64,000 nt of DNA from Malacoraja senta (lineage: Eukaryota): positions 14,448,001 to 14,512,000 of the forward strand of contig CM075989.1 of NCBI GenBank assembly GCA_038087875.1, given 5' to 3'. Positions 1 through 12,464 of the stretch are shown piece after piece. Positions within the stretch are counted from its first letter, which is position 1. The number at the start of each line of letters is the position of its first letter. Made by a program: the position numbers and the translations under genes. The notes under the pieces were generated by a model. It was not told the DNA's origin, did no database searches, and saw only the letters and a program-made list of their open reading frames with translations.

Positions 1-279
1 GGTAATATTGTTCCAGCTGTAATCCTCATTGTTTCAGCATTTTCAACAAATGGTAATTATGCAACATCCTTATGTATTGCACTGATGTTGAAATGAGTGT
101 CTTGTAAATATATTTAGTGAACAATTGTACAATAAAGCATTGGAAAAATTCCAGTCCTGCACATTGATACTTGGCGCTGAACTTGTTCAGCATTCAGTGT
201 TGCAATAGAGAGCGCTGATGTGGCCTCACCTGGAATAATTGTTTGGTCCTCTGAGCTAAAATAAAAAGATATAGCAGCA

Positions 280-690
280 TTGGGGGCAGTATGAAGGAGA
301 TTCACCTGGACAATTCCTGGGATGAGAGGGTTGTCCTTTCAAGAGAGATTCAATAGTTTGCCTCTGTATTCCTCGGTGTTCAGAAGAACGAGGGGGGACC
401 TTATTCAATCGTAAGATCCTAATGGTGCTTGGTAGGATGGATGTTGGGATGTTTTATTCATGGGACTGTCTCGAACAAGTGGACATAACTACAACATGAG
501 GGACTGGTGATTCAAACCAATGTGCCAAGAAATCTCTTCTGACTAGATGATCAATCTCTGGAATACGTTTCCCCGGTGGATGGTGGGTGGTAGCTGGATC
601 ATTGGAAGTATTTAGAGTGGAGGTTGATAAATATTTGATACATCTATGACTGGCACACAGGAGGAGTTGAGGCCAGTATAGATCAGCCAC
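280..690 (+). mobile_element. Decayed CR1 LINE ORF2 C-terminus/3' fragment
   Basis: Translates as RRFTWTIPGMRGLS...LYSSVFRRTRGDLI, matching the younger CR1 at 25217-25699 (RRFTRLIPGMSGLS...LYSLEFRRLRGDLI); contains stops and indels. Confidence 0.75.
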
Positions 691-1244
691 CATCAGCGTG
701 CAGTCTTCAACTGAGGGCTAGCTATGGGTTGTGTAATTTGTACAATGGAATTGTTACTTGCTGCAGCTTTACAGGCCCATTAAGAATGTTACTGTTCCTT
801 TGCCAGTATATATGATAATTAAGCACCGAGCACTCTAGAAATTTATGACAACATCCTGTCCCTGGAAGAAATGTGAGGAAAGTAGTTTGGAAAGAGGGTC
901 TGGTGAGAAGATGACTGGTGATTGTAACATTGTGAGAGAAGAGTGTGGAAGCAACAATGGAAAGTTAAAGGAAGCCCATATCTGGGGAAGATGGGTGCCT
1001 CGTTGGTCTAGGTCAGTTGGAGGCCCTCAATCAACACTGAAGCAGGCCTCAGACCTCCAGGTACAACCCGCTGCAGCATTCTCCCGGGCGTAGTAGAATT
1101 TTACGTAAGTGCTCTGTGCAAGATTTGCCTTCATTGCACATGATCTGTCAGTAGCCTCTGTGCACCAGTGGGTTCCACTCAATTATTTACTCCACCTGCA
1201 AAGCCTGAGGTAGGTATTCCTGCCCCAGCAAGATGTGGTGGCCA

Positions 1245-1590
1245 ATCTCACATGGAATAGTGGGAGAGTCTAGGACCAGGGGGTGCAGTCTTATACTAAA
1301 AGGATGTAGCTTAGAAAGGAGATGAGTGAGAATTTCTCTATTCAGAGGGTGGTGAACTTGTGGAATTCACAGCCACAAACGGCGGTGGGGGCCAAGTCTT
1401 TTGGGTATTTTTAAAGCGGAGATTGATTAATAAAGATGTTAATTAGTTCTTGATTAGTAAAGATGTTAAAGATTAGAGAGAATGCAGGACAATGGAGTTG
1501 AGAGGGAAAAATAGATCAGCCATGATCAAATGGCAGTGCAGACTTGATGAGCTGAATGGCCTCATTCTGCTCCTTATGGTCTCATGGTTG
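1245..1590 (+). mobile_element. CR1 LINE 3' end, decayed
   Basis: GESRTRG and QRVVNLWNS motifs, followed by the CR1 3' UTR (gctgaatggcctcattctgctcct). Confidence 0.75.
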
Positions 1591-2776
1591 ATGACTCAGT
1601 TTGGCTCTTTCAGCCTCAGTTACAGAGTGCTCTTCACATTTTGTCCTCTACATAATGACCTCCAGAACTCAGATGTCCTTCCTAACTCCCATGCCCAGAC
1701 CCTTCATCGATCAATGATAATCCCTCTCCTGCATTCATTTGTTCTGGTCCGGCAATGTTTGGTTTTAAAATTCTATGTTCAAGCCATTCCCTGACTTCTC
1801 ACCTCCCTATCAGGTCAAGTCGAGTTTATTGCTGGAGTAGAGTGAGGTACAACTACAATACAAATCTTCATAAAACGCGGTCTGCAACTTGCAAATAAAT
1901 CTCTACATCCATTTCTGGAGTATTTCCACCATTGGTGACTGTGCAAAAGCCTTAAGCTCATGCTTCAGCTTTTGGAATGGCACAGTATATTCTATCTAGA
2001 AGCAAATAAAAATATGCACAGCACAAGCAGATTTTGAACTCCTTTGTTTAATCGGTAGATGTATAGATAACTACACAATACATCCATGTTTTCACTGCAA
2101 TGATAACCTTGTGGTTCTTGACTCTCCGACAAGAATGGTTTGAGATCTCAATTGTTGGTATTTAAGGATTAATTAAGGACCAGTAAGGACTAATTTCCCT
2201 CTAAATACAAACTACATATGTTAGTTCCACTGCATGTCTCAAAACTCCCTTTGCCAACTATTTCCACAGTGAAAACAAGTCATGAGACTTGAAATGTACT
2301 CATTCTGTTATTACAGCATCCAAACTGATTTCAGCTGAACTGTTTCCTGTATTGGAGCATTCTGAGAGTGAGATGCTTTTAACCCTTTCACTAAGTATTA
2401 AGAAAGTAACAATTTAATGAGGGTACATCAATTCTAGTCCATATGTTGTGTGTTTACGCTGCTTGAGGTATCTTATGCTAAGTAGTAAATGATGTCTGAA
2501 CTGGGAAGTTTAAATTAAAATAAAATTTCAATTGGGAATAAAAGTCAGCAGGTAACGTTTTCGCCAGGAATATCGTGAAGCCAAAGCTTTTGTTTACATA
2601 TAATTGAAGGGAATCTTACTAGGAAATGTTTCTAGGGTCGGATTGTGTCAACCAAACAAAAAGAAAGACCATGCAATTTAGTTAATTTCATAACATAATG
2701 TAATTACAGTAATATTATGTACACAACCAACATATAGAGAGGAAGGTTATTATTAGATTATACACCATTCACTATT

Positions 2777-2887
2777 GTCTCGACCCGAAACATCACCCAT
2801 TCCTTCTCTCCGGAGATGCTGCCTGACCAGTTGAGTTACTCCAGCATTTTGTGTCTATTAAACCAGCATCTGCAGTTCTTTTCTACA
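2777..2887 (+). mobile_element. Short Penelope-derived 3' module, truncated within the hammerhead motif
   Basis: gtctcgacccgaaacatcacccattccttctctcc...gagttactccagcattttgtgtc; flanked by near-direct repeats cattcactatt (2766-2776) and cattccctatt (2888-2898). Confidence 0.8.
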
Positions 2888-3725
2888 CATTCCCTATTTC
2901 CGTTTTATTACAGCATGGGAACATTGTTTTCAAACAAACAGCATCTATAATGAGTCCTGTTTGAACAATTATGCACAGTGTTTATTGATGTTCAATAGTT
3001 ATGAAGTTTTCTTTACAGAAGATTCAATAGATTGTTTAAAAGTGTTCTGCCAAGAGAAATTGATTCCACTTTAACAATCAGCAAATAATTTTACAAATTT
3101 GAAAACCTTTGCCAAAATATATTACAAAGCAAATCATTCTGCCCCCTGAGTGATGAAAACCCCACAGCTCCAGTCTCAGCACTACCTTTCTGAAGACCAT
3201 TTTTTCTCTAGAATACACATTTACACTAACTGTCCTAACCTTGTTTGATTTCCCAAAATACATTACCTCAACTTCTCAGGATTAAATTTCATCAGCCTAA
3301 CTTTCCTTCTGATCGATATCTTGCCTTGGACAACTTTCCTCTCAAAATGCCGACTGGAATTTTTACAAGTAACCAGTGTGTCATGCCGTTTTCCGGGGGG
3401 AGGGGGGCATCGAACATTGGGAAAATAATTAATATATAACTTTATTCATCTAGGGATTAACCTTTATTTATCAGGATTATGTTTATAAACAATCTAGAAA
3501 AAGAAGAAATGGAGTAGAATCACGGATTTTCCGTCTCTACGGCATCAAAGTAGCGGGACACCAAAGTAGACACTTACTGATGAGTCACACGGTACCAATA
3601 ATTTTAATTTTACAGTACAGGAAGTTAAAACTGCATCTAACATCAGCAACCTATCAGAATGCACAATGATCTCCCAATTGTGAAATCTTGACGATCATCG
3701 ACCAATATTTATATATCTCAGCTAT

Positions 3726-4516
3726 AGGGAGGTTGCACAGCAGTCGGGTCACGACCCATGACCCGTACTGTTGCTACGCTACTCCAACTAGATTACACGC
3801 GATGAACTGCAGGTAAGCACTGACCATTGTTCCCAGCGTAGCGGGCCCGTTAAAACCCGCCGAAATGGTCAATTTTTGCGCTGTAAATAATTATGGAAAT
3901 ATTGGGATTTATCGCGTTTGCTCACTGCATTTCATCAACTAAGGCATTATTTGTGTTTTTTCTTTATTCCTTTGGCATCTAAAAAGTTTCAGAAAGGATA
4001 AATCTGGCTGTAAAATTTTAAAATCGCCCACGGTTCTCGTGGGTTTTTACATACAAAAAGAAAACGCCTCTGAAGCAACATTTACAACCAGATTTATCAC
4101 TTCTGAGACTTTTTAGATACCAAAGGAATCAAGAAAAAACACAAATAATGCCTTACTGTTGATGAAATGCAGTGAACAAACACGATAAATCCCAATATTT
4201 TCAATTCCGATATCTGCATTGCCAATGTACGCCAAGCACTTTAGCTGCTGTTGTCCCTTCAGCTGTCGCTTCTCTTTACCTTCATTTCGCTTCACTTTTG
4301 GAATTCTGAAGTTGGGTACATGTCTCTCACACTTACACCGATTTCCACAATTTTTACAGCGCAAAAATTCAACATTTTGGCGTTTTTTAACAGGTACGAA
4401 AGTACGCGTTTCATGTATTAACAACATATACCGGAAGTGACGGATGTCCTCCAGATGGATTGAGCGGCTCCGTGCGTCAAGCACTATGACCCAGTGACCT
4501 TACGTGCAACCCCCCT
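3726..4516. mobile_element. Non-autonomous fold-back DNA transposon with THAP-domain remnants (ISL2EU-like)
   Basis: 13-bp TIRs agggaggttgcac / gtgcaacccccct-type with 1 mismatch, flanked by AT on both sides; internal inverted repeat 3897-4014 vs 4081-4200; THAP-like MxNFCAV...CGNR...FRIP...YRVCSLHF on both arms. Confidence 0.75.
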
Positions 4517-4592
4517 ATTCAGACTCAGAGTTTAGTGTTTAGTTTTTACTTCCTCACTGTTTATTTTACTTTAATCCTATTATTATTACATT

Positions 4593-4858
<266 letters not shown>

Positions 4859-7339
4859 TTTCTGAATTAGCCATTAGAAAAACAAATGATTGGCTCGTAT
4901 AGCAGGCAATGTTCCTGGCTGGATGAATTCGCAAAGGTACACCAACTTTTCAGAAAGGCGTTATATGTGTGTGTACGAGCAAATGCTCAGTTTGGTCGAA
5001 CTAAATGGACGTTTGACAACTCGGGTCATGAGATTGTTCAGCCGGGGAGCAGAGCTGTAATAAAACACCAGGTAAATATTGTTCTCTCCCTGCATTTACT
5101 TTTGGCAGGTCATTGTGGGTGTCCTCAGCTTGTGAGTGTGAGTTTAATCTTCACTGCTTAATGATGCCTGGGTCAGCTTCGTCGCCAGTGTAAGGGCCAT
5201 GTACAAATAAAATCAATCACATATCCACATCATTTTTTGAAACTACTAGGGAATAATTCAGACTCAGATTTGAGACCCACTCCTGCTGATAAGGAACCAA
5301 GGGCAATTTAAAGAGTGAGTGTCATTACTGTAAACAACCCACTGTCTATTACACATTGTGAGCTCAGAGCTTCCTGCACTCGTTATTGGATAATTACCGT
5401 TCAGGCCATCACTGTCCTGGGACACTGAGCAGTACACTGGCACTCGTCCTTCACATCAAATCAGAATTTGGTGACCGTGGGACATATTGATAGGGCTCCC
5501 TGGAGATTGAATAGGATTTCAAGGGAAAGTGCAAACAGTTCTGGCTCTGGCTGGTGAAGAGTTAATATTGGCCCTTGTATTGATTACTCTTCCTTTCCAT
5601 TTTGCCACAGATCGAAATGCAAAGTTAGCTCTGACAGTGCAAGGCATTTTGTCCTGAGATTCAATCGAGCTCTGGCAATGTAGCAAGGATAACTTCCACG
5701 ATGATGCTGTGGTTCCTTAAATATTCTGTAGAGTGATCAACTTTTACTAGCCTTAAATAGTATTCACTTCAAGAAGCTAAATGGCCATTTCCTGCATTGT
5801 ATGAGCTTCTCAGAGCAATGGGAACGTTTATAAATGCAGTTGCCTGTTGGTTAGGAAACCATCCACTTAGTTTCCACTTTCATTTAGTATCAGGGAATTC
5901 TGTGTGTTTTAAGGAATCATAAACGTATACATTTTTACTCATCTTCAAATTTCTTTGGATTATTTTGTTAGTAAAAAAGAGCAACTCAGGATAGAGCGAA
6001 GCACGGAGCAATTTGATACATAGTGACTGCTGGAACCTTGCAACCAATTTGCACACAGGAAGAGCTCCCACAGACAGCAAAGTGTAGTCGGCATACAGAG
6101 GGCAACTCTTGTTCTTCCAAGTACTGACCTGGGGTCCCTGAAAGTGCCACAGCTTCTCACCTGAAAGGTGCATTTTTCACGGTACTTTGGGAGCAGCTTC
6201 CACCTTCTCCAGCAAAGATAAATTTCAGAAAGAAGCACTGTCGGGATTTTTATTATGGACCCTGCGCTCGGCTCGTAATGAAACAGAATTCTTTGATGAG
6301 TAAATTGATCGAATGTGTAATATGAGCAATGACAGATTTAAAATTGTAAAATCTATTAAAAAGACAAGTGCAGAAAAGGATGAGACAAATTTGAATAGAA
6401 ATACCAGAGGGATTGCTATTTAACTTTGATTTAAGTGCTGGAGTGACCAGGGGCTTTTTAATCATAATATCACAGACAGAATTGTACTAGGAGAGGCAGC
6501 TGAGCAAATGCCGCTCTCCCCACCATCGTCAATTCTTCACGTTGCTTCCTCTGTGTCCAATCTGTCAGTAGCATTTTATATCTGCAGTCCAAAAATTATT
6601 AATGCAGTTACCATGGTGATCCGATTTGCTCCTCTTTTATGCTTAGCTTCAGGAACATTTCTGTTGAGTTCACAGACTTTGATTGCAAGCCTGTGAACTA
6701 TTAATCAGTGACAACAATATTTTTATTCAAATTTGAAGATGTCAGTAAAGAGGCAATTCTGCAAAATTCTTCCAGTTTATTCTGAGACAAGAATAATTGA
6801 CTGAAAGTTCGAAGGAGATGGTGAAATGTATTTATTGTGTATCAATCAATTATTCTCAGAACCCCAAAGTTAATCTTGTTAGCATTCACTGGCGGCCATT
6901 TGCAGATTGACCTGTCACCAATGTAGTACAATGAACTCTGGGCTTGTCAGGATAGGCTGATAGGCCATCATTGGACCATGGCAAAGTGTTGCACGTCTAA
7001 TAACAGCATGCTTGAGATAACACTGCACGTCAATGCAGCTTACACACTGCACCACACCACTCTCCTCACAGACTCCAAGTGAGAACCAATGAAACCATTG
7101 AAATGCTGTGTAATAGTTGGGAGTGCTTCTATTAAACACTTCCAATAGAATAGTATTCGGAAGATTCTGATCACATTCAGAACAAAACATCTCTACACTT
7201 CACTCCTATTATGATGTAGAGGGAGGCCTCACAGCCCATTCAGTCAGAGGGATTTCTGGGCAATCGTGCTTCTCTACTGACTTCCCTGCAACCTGTTCTC
7301 CCTCAAATGCCCCTCAACTGCCCTCTGATTCACCTGCCA

Positions 7340-7760
7340 CAGGTGGAGGTGGTGGTGTTCCCATGCTTTTGCTGCATCTGTCCTTCTAGCTGCAGAGGTT
7401 GTGGGTTTGGAGGATGCTGTCAAAGGCTTCTTAGTGAGTTAGTGCAGTGCACCCTGCAGATGGTAGAATTTGCTGCTACTGTGTGTTAAGTGGAGTGAGT
7501 AAATGGTTATGGATGGGCTGCCTTATCAAGAGGGCTGCTATGTCCTGTATGGTGTCGCGTTTCATCAATGTTGTTGAAGCTGCACTCATCCAGCCAAATG
7601 GCAAGTATTCCATCACACTGCTGACTCGAGCCTTGTAGATGGTGGATAAACTTTGGGAAGTTAGGAGGTGAGTTACCCGCTGTTGGATTCCTCTGACCTG
7701 CTCTTGTAGCTATTTTGTGTATATGACTACTTCAGTTCAGCTACTGATCAATGGTAACCC
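7340..7760 (-). mobile_element. Old CR1/L2-group LINE RT C-terminal fragment
   Basis: Minus strand reads VTHLLTSQSLSTIYKARVSSVMEYLPFGWMSAASTT, matching the YKAxVRSxMEY motif downstream of RT. Confidence 0.65.
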
Positions 7761-7900
7761 ACTGAGTCTGCGCTGACCAGCAATCCCCGGACACTAACGC
7801 TATCTTTACCAAAGATAATTAACCTACAAACCTGTACGTCTTTGGAGTGTCGCAGGAAACCGGAGCACCCGGAGAAAACCCACACAGACATGGGGAGAAC
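7760..7900 (-). mobile_element. HE1/V-SINE-like tRNA SINE fragment
   Basis: aattaacctacaaacctgtacgtctttggagtgt...ggaaaccggagcacccggagaaaacccac is the reverse complement of the SINE core at 35625-35930 and 62855-63150. Confidence 0.8.
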
Positions 7901-8134
7901 ACCAGATTCAGGTGTGGCGGCTCCCAAGGGTCGGGCCATTCCACTATCGAAACCCACACAGACACGGGAATGGACTAGTCCGGGGGCGGCCCTTAGCTCC
8001 AGGGATAAAGAGCAGTGGTTTAGGCGCGATCGCTCTCTTGCAGACCCGACTGGACAAGAGAACAACAACTAATAAAATTCCTCCCGAAATACCTGGCTCC
8101 TCGCATTCATTTCGGGCATATCACTGCGCCACAT

Positions 8135-8425
8135 GGGGACAGTTTCTTCCCAGTTGTTATTAGGCAACTGAATCATCCTATCACAACCAGAGAGCCGTGT
8201 TGAACTACCATCTACCTCTTTGATGTCCCTCGGACTATCCTTGACTGGACTTTGCTGGTTTTACCTTTCATTAAATGTTATTCCTTTATCATATATCTAT
8301 ACACGTTAAATGGATTGATTGTAATCATGTATTGTCTTTCTGCTGACTGGTTAGCATGCAACAAAAAGCTTTTCTCTGTACATTGGTACACGTGACAATA
8401 AACTAAACTGAAACTGAAACTGAAA
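8135..8425 (+). mobile_element. Rex1/Babar-like LINE 3' end with (AAACTG)n tail
   Basis: Similar to the reverse complement of 34400-34690, which continues into a Rex/Babar RT; ends gtgacaataaactaaactgaaactgaaactgaaac. Confidence 0.75.
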
Positions 8426-8434
8426 CATATAAAC

Positions 8435-9203
8435 ATACCCCTTCCCACCCAAACCGCCCCCTCCCCAGGGACCTTCTCCTGCAACTGCAGAAGATGCAAC
8501 ACCTGTCCCTATACCTCCACCCTCCCCTCTGTCCAGGGACCCCGACAGTCCTTTCAGATTAGGCAGAGGTTCACGTGCACCTCCTCCAACCTCATCTACT
8601 GTATCCATTGTTCAAGATGTGGACACTTATATATCGGCGAGACCAAACGCAGACTGGGCGATCGTCTCACTGAACACCTTCACTCAGTCCACCTGAACCA
8701 ACTGATCTACCGGTTGCTAAACACTTTAATTCTCCATCCCATTCCCACGCAGACTTTTCTGTCCTAGGTCTCCTCCATTGTCAGATTGAGGTTAAACGCA
8801 AATCGGAGGAACAGCATCTTATATTTCACTTGGGCAGCTTACAGCCCAGTGGTATGAATGTTGATTTCTCTAACTTCAGGTAACCCCGGCATTCCCTCTC
8901 TCTCTATCCCTCCCCACCCAAGTCACACTAGTTTCTTGTTTTCACCCAACAAACAGCTAACAATGGCCTGTTTCCTTTATCATCATTACTTTTCTACATA
9001 TCTTTCATTAATTATTCATTATCTCTCTACATTATCGTCTATATCTCTGGTTTCCCTTATCCCTAACCAGTCTGAAGAAGGGTCTCGACTCAAAAATGTC
9101 ACCCATTCCTTCTCTCCAGAAATGCTGCCTGTCCCGCTGAGTTACTCTAGCTTTTTGTGTCTATCTTCGGTTTAAACCCGCATCTGCAGTTCCTTCCGAC
9201 ACA
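8435..9203 (+). mobile_element. Penelope-like element (Neptune-type): GIY-YIG endonuclease plus 3' tail with hammerhead motif
   Basis: PGTFSCNCRRCNTCPY...RFTCTSSNLIYCIHCSRCGHLYIGETKRRLGDR (Cys linker plus GIY-YIG), then the tail and ctgaagaagggtctcgactc at 9072. Confidence 0.9.
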
Positions 9204-9349
9204 TATAAACTCCACGCAGATAGCACCCATACTCAGGATTGAACCTGGGTCGCTAGCCAAACTCTGGATCGTTGATGCCATACTCACGGCAATGCTGCCA
9301 CAATGCTGAGGAGAGTACTCACCTTGTGAGTTCAGCTCTTCCGTCTGAA

Positions 9350-9620
9350 CTGGAACAAGACTGTGATGTCAGGGGCTGAGTGACTTTGTTGGAAACCAAA
9401 CTGTGAGCAGGTTGTTGCTGAGCAAGTGTTGCTTGAAATCACCATCAAATTCCCTCTTCCATTTGCTGATGCCCAGGTATACAGATGTAGTTATTGGCTG
9501 GATTGGATTACCCCCCGCTCCTTGTGGACAGGGCCTAACTGGGTGATGTTGCTCGTTGTGGGTAGATTCCCGTACTAGAGCAGCTTCACCAAGGGGACCA
9601 ACCTGGGGCAGGTTATACAC
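9350..9620 (-). mobile_element. Old CR1-group LINE RT N-terminal fragment
   Basis: Minus ORF contains ISKW...KQHLLSNNLLT, resembling the segment after NYRPISL in CR1-group RTs. Confidence 0.55.
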
Positions 9621-10044
9621 TGCACAGAACCTTCCCTGCTGTTACATGTAACAGACCAGGCAAAGATCAGATCACTGGCTTAGCTGACTGTCAAAGCTAT
9701 CAAAAAACTTAATATTTCTATATTATTAACTCAAAGCTACACAAATCACATAAAAAATTATAATAGGTTCTAACATATTACAACAATCTAAAACTACTTC
9801 GACCTTAGTCCCTCAAGAGTGAATCTCCTCTATTGAACTGCATGTAGAAGTGAAGCCTGCATCAGATGTAACCCCACACATTGATTACAGCAGCCTGCAG
9901 TGACCTAGGCACCTTGTGTGGTGCTGACATAGAGTGTGGGTAGACACAGGTAGTCAACGAAGTCCGCTAGTATCTCTCCTCAGTCACTCTGACTGCAGCA
10001 GTTTGATGTGCAATCAACGAATTAAAGACCCCCAATAAATGGTG

Positions 10045-10400
10045 AAACAAGGAAAGTCATTACATTAGAAAATAAGTTGGGAGCTTGAAACTACTTTGAT
10101 GGTAGTGATGTGAAGAGAATGCTTGGCGTGCTTCCCACAGCAGGTAATGATTCACAGAAAAGCTGATAAAATCAGAGAAAGCTTGCCATGTGTGACATGC
10201 TTAAGGGTCATTATGGAAAATCTACAAAGATTAAAGTGGCTCACAGGCTGCTTTTTCTAAATGGCCATTTTGGCGAAGGCTGACATCTTGTTTGATGACT
10301 GAGAGAACGACAGGCTGAGTATTCACCCTGTTCATTACAGTCACGATTTGTTCAATTATATGAGGAAATGTTACAATTTGCAAAACATCAGGATGGTGAA
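10045..10400 (+). mobile_element. Decayed Tigger/pogo (CENP-B-type) transposase N-terminus
   Basis: Across stops and frameshifts reads RKVITLENKL, KADKIRES, AKADILFDD, SHDLFNYMRKCYNLQNIR, in the order of the pogo/Tigger HTH motifs (RKxITLExK ... ASxGWFxRFKxR). Confidence 0.65.
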
Positions 10401-11294
10401 TCTGTGGAATTATTTGCCACAGATGGATGTTGAAGCCAAGTCAATGGATAATTTTAAGGCAGAGATAAGTGCCTCCATAATTTTCAGGACAAAAACCCAT
10501 CATTTATTTTGTAGAATTTTGTAGACTAATCTACAAAGCTACAGCAGATTCACTAACATTAAATATTTTCCTTAGCAAGCTGCCACTTGATTTCTCAAGT
10601 GAAGAAAGCAGCGTTTCGAATCACAGCATTGAGAATTTTGTATACTGTTTGTAAATAGCTTTTTTTAAATGCGTGTTGCTTTTATGGAAGTTCTTCCCAA
10701 GTGGAGACCTGTCTCTTGAAAATTCAGATTGAAAATTCAACCTGCCTGATTTTTTCTCAGGCATAAATAATTCCCACGCTGCAAACCTCAGCAACGTGAG
10801 GCACTGTGCTGTCATGTGCAAACTGGCTTTGGTTCACCCTGGGTTGTTAGGTTATCCAACCTGTAAACTGTAAACACCAGTTGACATAATGCTGCAGTTT
10901 TCATTTGCAAAGGGGCAAAAATGGCTTTTTGTAACCAATAAAATATTTTGATTTGATTACAAAATTGGCCATTTGATCAAAATCAGACCAAAGCCCATAC
11001 CTGCCATAGATTATTGACTAAGAAGACCACATAAATTACCATCATATAAATAACCAGGAATTGTTATTTGGAGAAAATAAAGATTTGTAAATTAGTACAT
11101 AAATAGCATTTTTTGTTCGAAGGCATTGACTATTTTGTATAAAGAACGCATGATACATCCTTCAAGTAAGTCACTGCATTGACCCAATGACTTACTGGAA
11201 GGGAAGGTCCAGTCTCTGTTTAATGGGCAAAGTTACATTGAAGCTCGACTCAGTCTGAGTAGACTATGATGAACATCAGAAACACTACTACGAA

Positions 11295-11400
11295 TCAGTC
11301 TGAAGAAGGGTCCTGACCGATCTATGTTCTCAGGGATGCTGCCTGACCCACTGAGTTACTCCAGCATTTTGTGTATTTCCTTGCAGTTCCTTGTTTCTAC
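11295..11400 (+). mobile_element. Short Penelope-derived module with partly deleted hammerhead
   Basis: cagtctgaagaagggtcctgaccga...gatgctgcctgacccactgagttactccagcattttgtg. Confidence 0.75.
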
Positions 11401-11710
11401 CATACTACAAGGCTTGCCTTGCCAGGACTTGCAGCATAGAGTCTACAGATAGTCGACAAGAGTAACTCGTGAAAGTGACATTAACAGCTCCTTCTCTGAA
11501 ATCTGACGATCCACCATCCAGGTGAGGGACGTGTCGCTGGTTCCACCTCTTGTCGCATTTCTAGCTTATGTTGATATTTACGGGAAGTGGGACGTTCCAA
11601 GAAATTCCCAAGACGTTCCAATTGTTCCCATCATTCTGCAAATAGTTCATCAAAATTATGCTAATTAATGTGCAAGATGATGTGAATAAATCATTGTGCC
11701 TCAATGGTGA

Positions 11711-12088
11711 GAGAGTTGATGAGACTGCTGGTGAAGCTCCTTTTGGCATTGGGAGAGTTGATGAGACTGCTGGTGAAGCTCCTTTTGGCATTGAGAGAGT
11801 TGATGAGACTGCTGGTGAAGCTCCTTTTGGCATTGGGAGAGTTGATGAGACTGCTGGTGAAGCTCCTTTTGGCATTGGGAGAGTTGATGAGACCACTGGT
11901 GAAGCTCCTTTTGGCATTGGGAGAGTTGATGAGACTGCTGGTGAAGCTCCTTTTGGCATTGAGAGAGTTGATGAGACCACTGGTGAAGCTCCTTTTGGCA
12001 TTGGGAGAGTTGATGAGACCACTGGTGAAGCTCCTTTTGGCATTGAGAGAGTTGATGAGACTGCTGGTGAAGCTCCTTTTGTCATTGA
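11711..12088. repeat. 42-bp minisatellite, 9 copies
   Basis: Unit gagagttgatgagactgctggtgaagctccttttggcattgg starting at 11711, 11753 ... 12047; variants ctg/cca and gg/ga. Confidence 0.97.
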
Positions 12089-12349
12089 GCTTGAACAGAA
12101 TCAATCACATCTGTTGCTGCAGATAGAGTGAACTGAATATTCCCCAACTGAGAATCTCTCTGCTCACGCAAAGCAATTGAATATTAAAAATTACTTTGTT
12201 CTTTACTTAATTGAGCAGAATTTAAAAATATGTCTTATCTGCATGATTAATGGAGAAGAAATCAAGTTCTCACTTTCAAGAGATTTGTAATCATTAAACC
12301 GGTGAAGAAATGTTGCTAAAATGTATATTAACCAAATCATATTTATTAG

Positions 12350-12464
12350 CTGAAGAAGGGTCTCAACCCGAAATGCAACCCATTCCTTCTCTCCAGAGAT
12401 GCTGCCTGTCCCGCTGAGTTACTTCTGCATTTCGATTTAAACCAGCATCTGCAGTTCTTACCAA
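12350..12464 (+). mobile_element. Stand-alone Penelope-derived hammerhead module with 15-bp TSD
   Basis: catatttattagctg at 12338-12352 and 12465-12479 flanks ctgaagaagggtctcaacccgaaatgc... Confidence 0.85.

Noticed and set aside
5960..6238. Minus-strand ORF/exon with cag|gtgag donor near 6160
   Set aside because: Weak acceptor and unrecognisable peptide
11711..12088. TGATGAG in each unit as a hammerhead core or snoRNA C box
   Set aside because: No preceding C, no stem II + GAAA, and no D box arrangement
11561..12131. Repeat proteins (RVDETAGEAPFGIG) or a CRISPR-like array
   Set aside because: Head-to-tail minisatellite with no unique spacers, no cas genes and a eukaryotic context; open frames follow from the 42-bp unit
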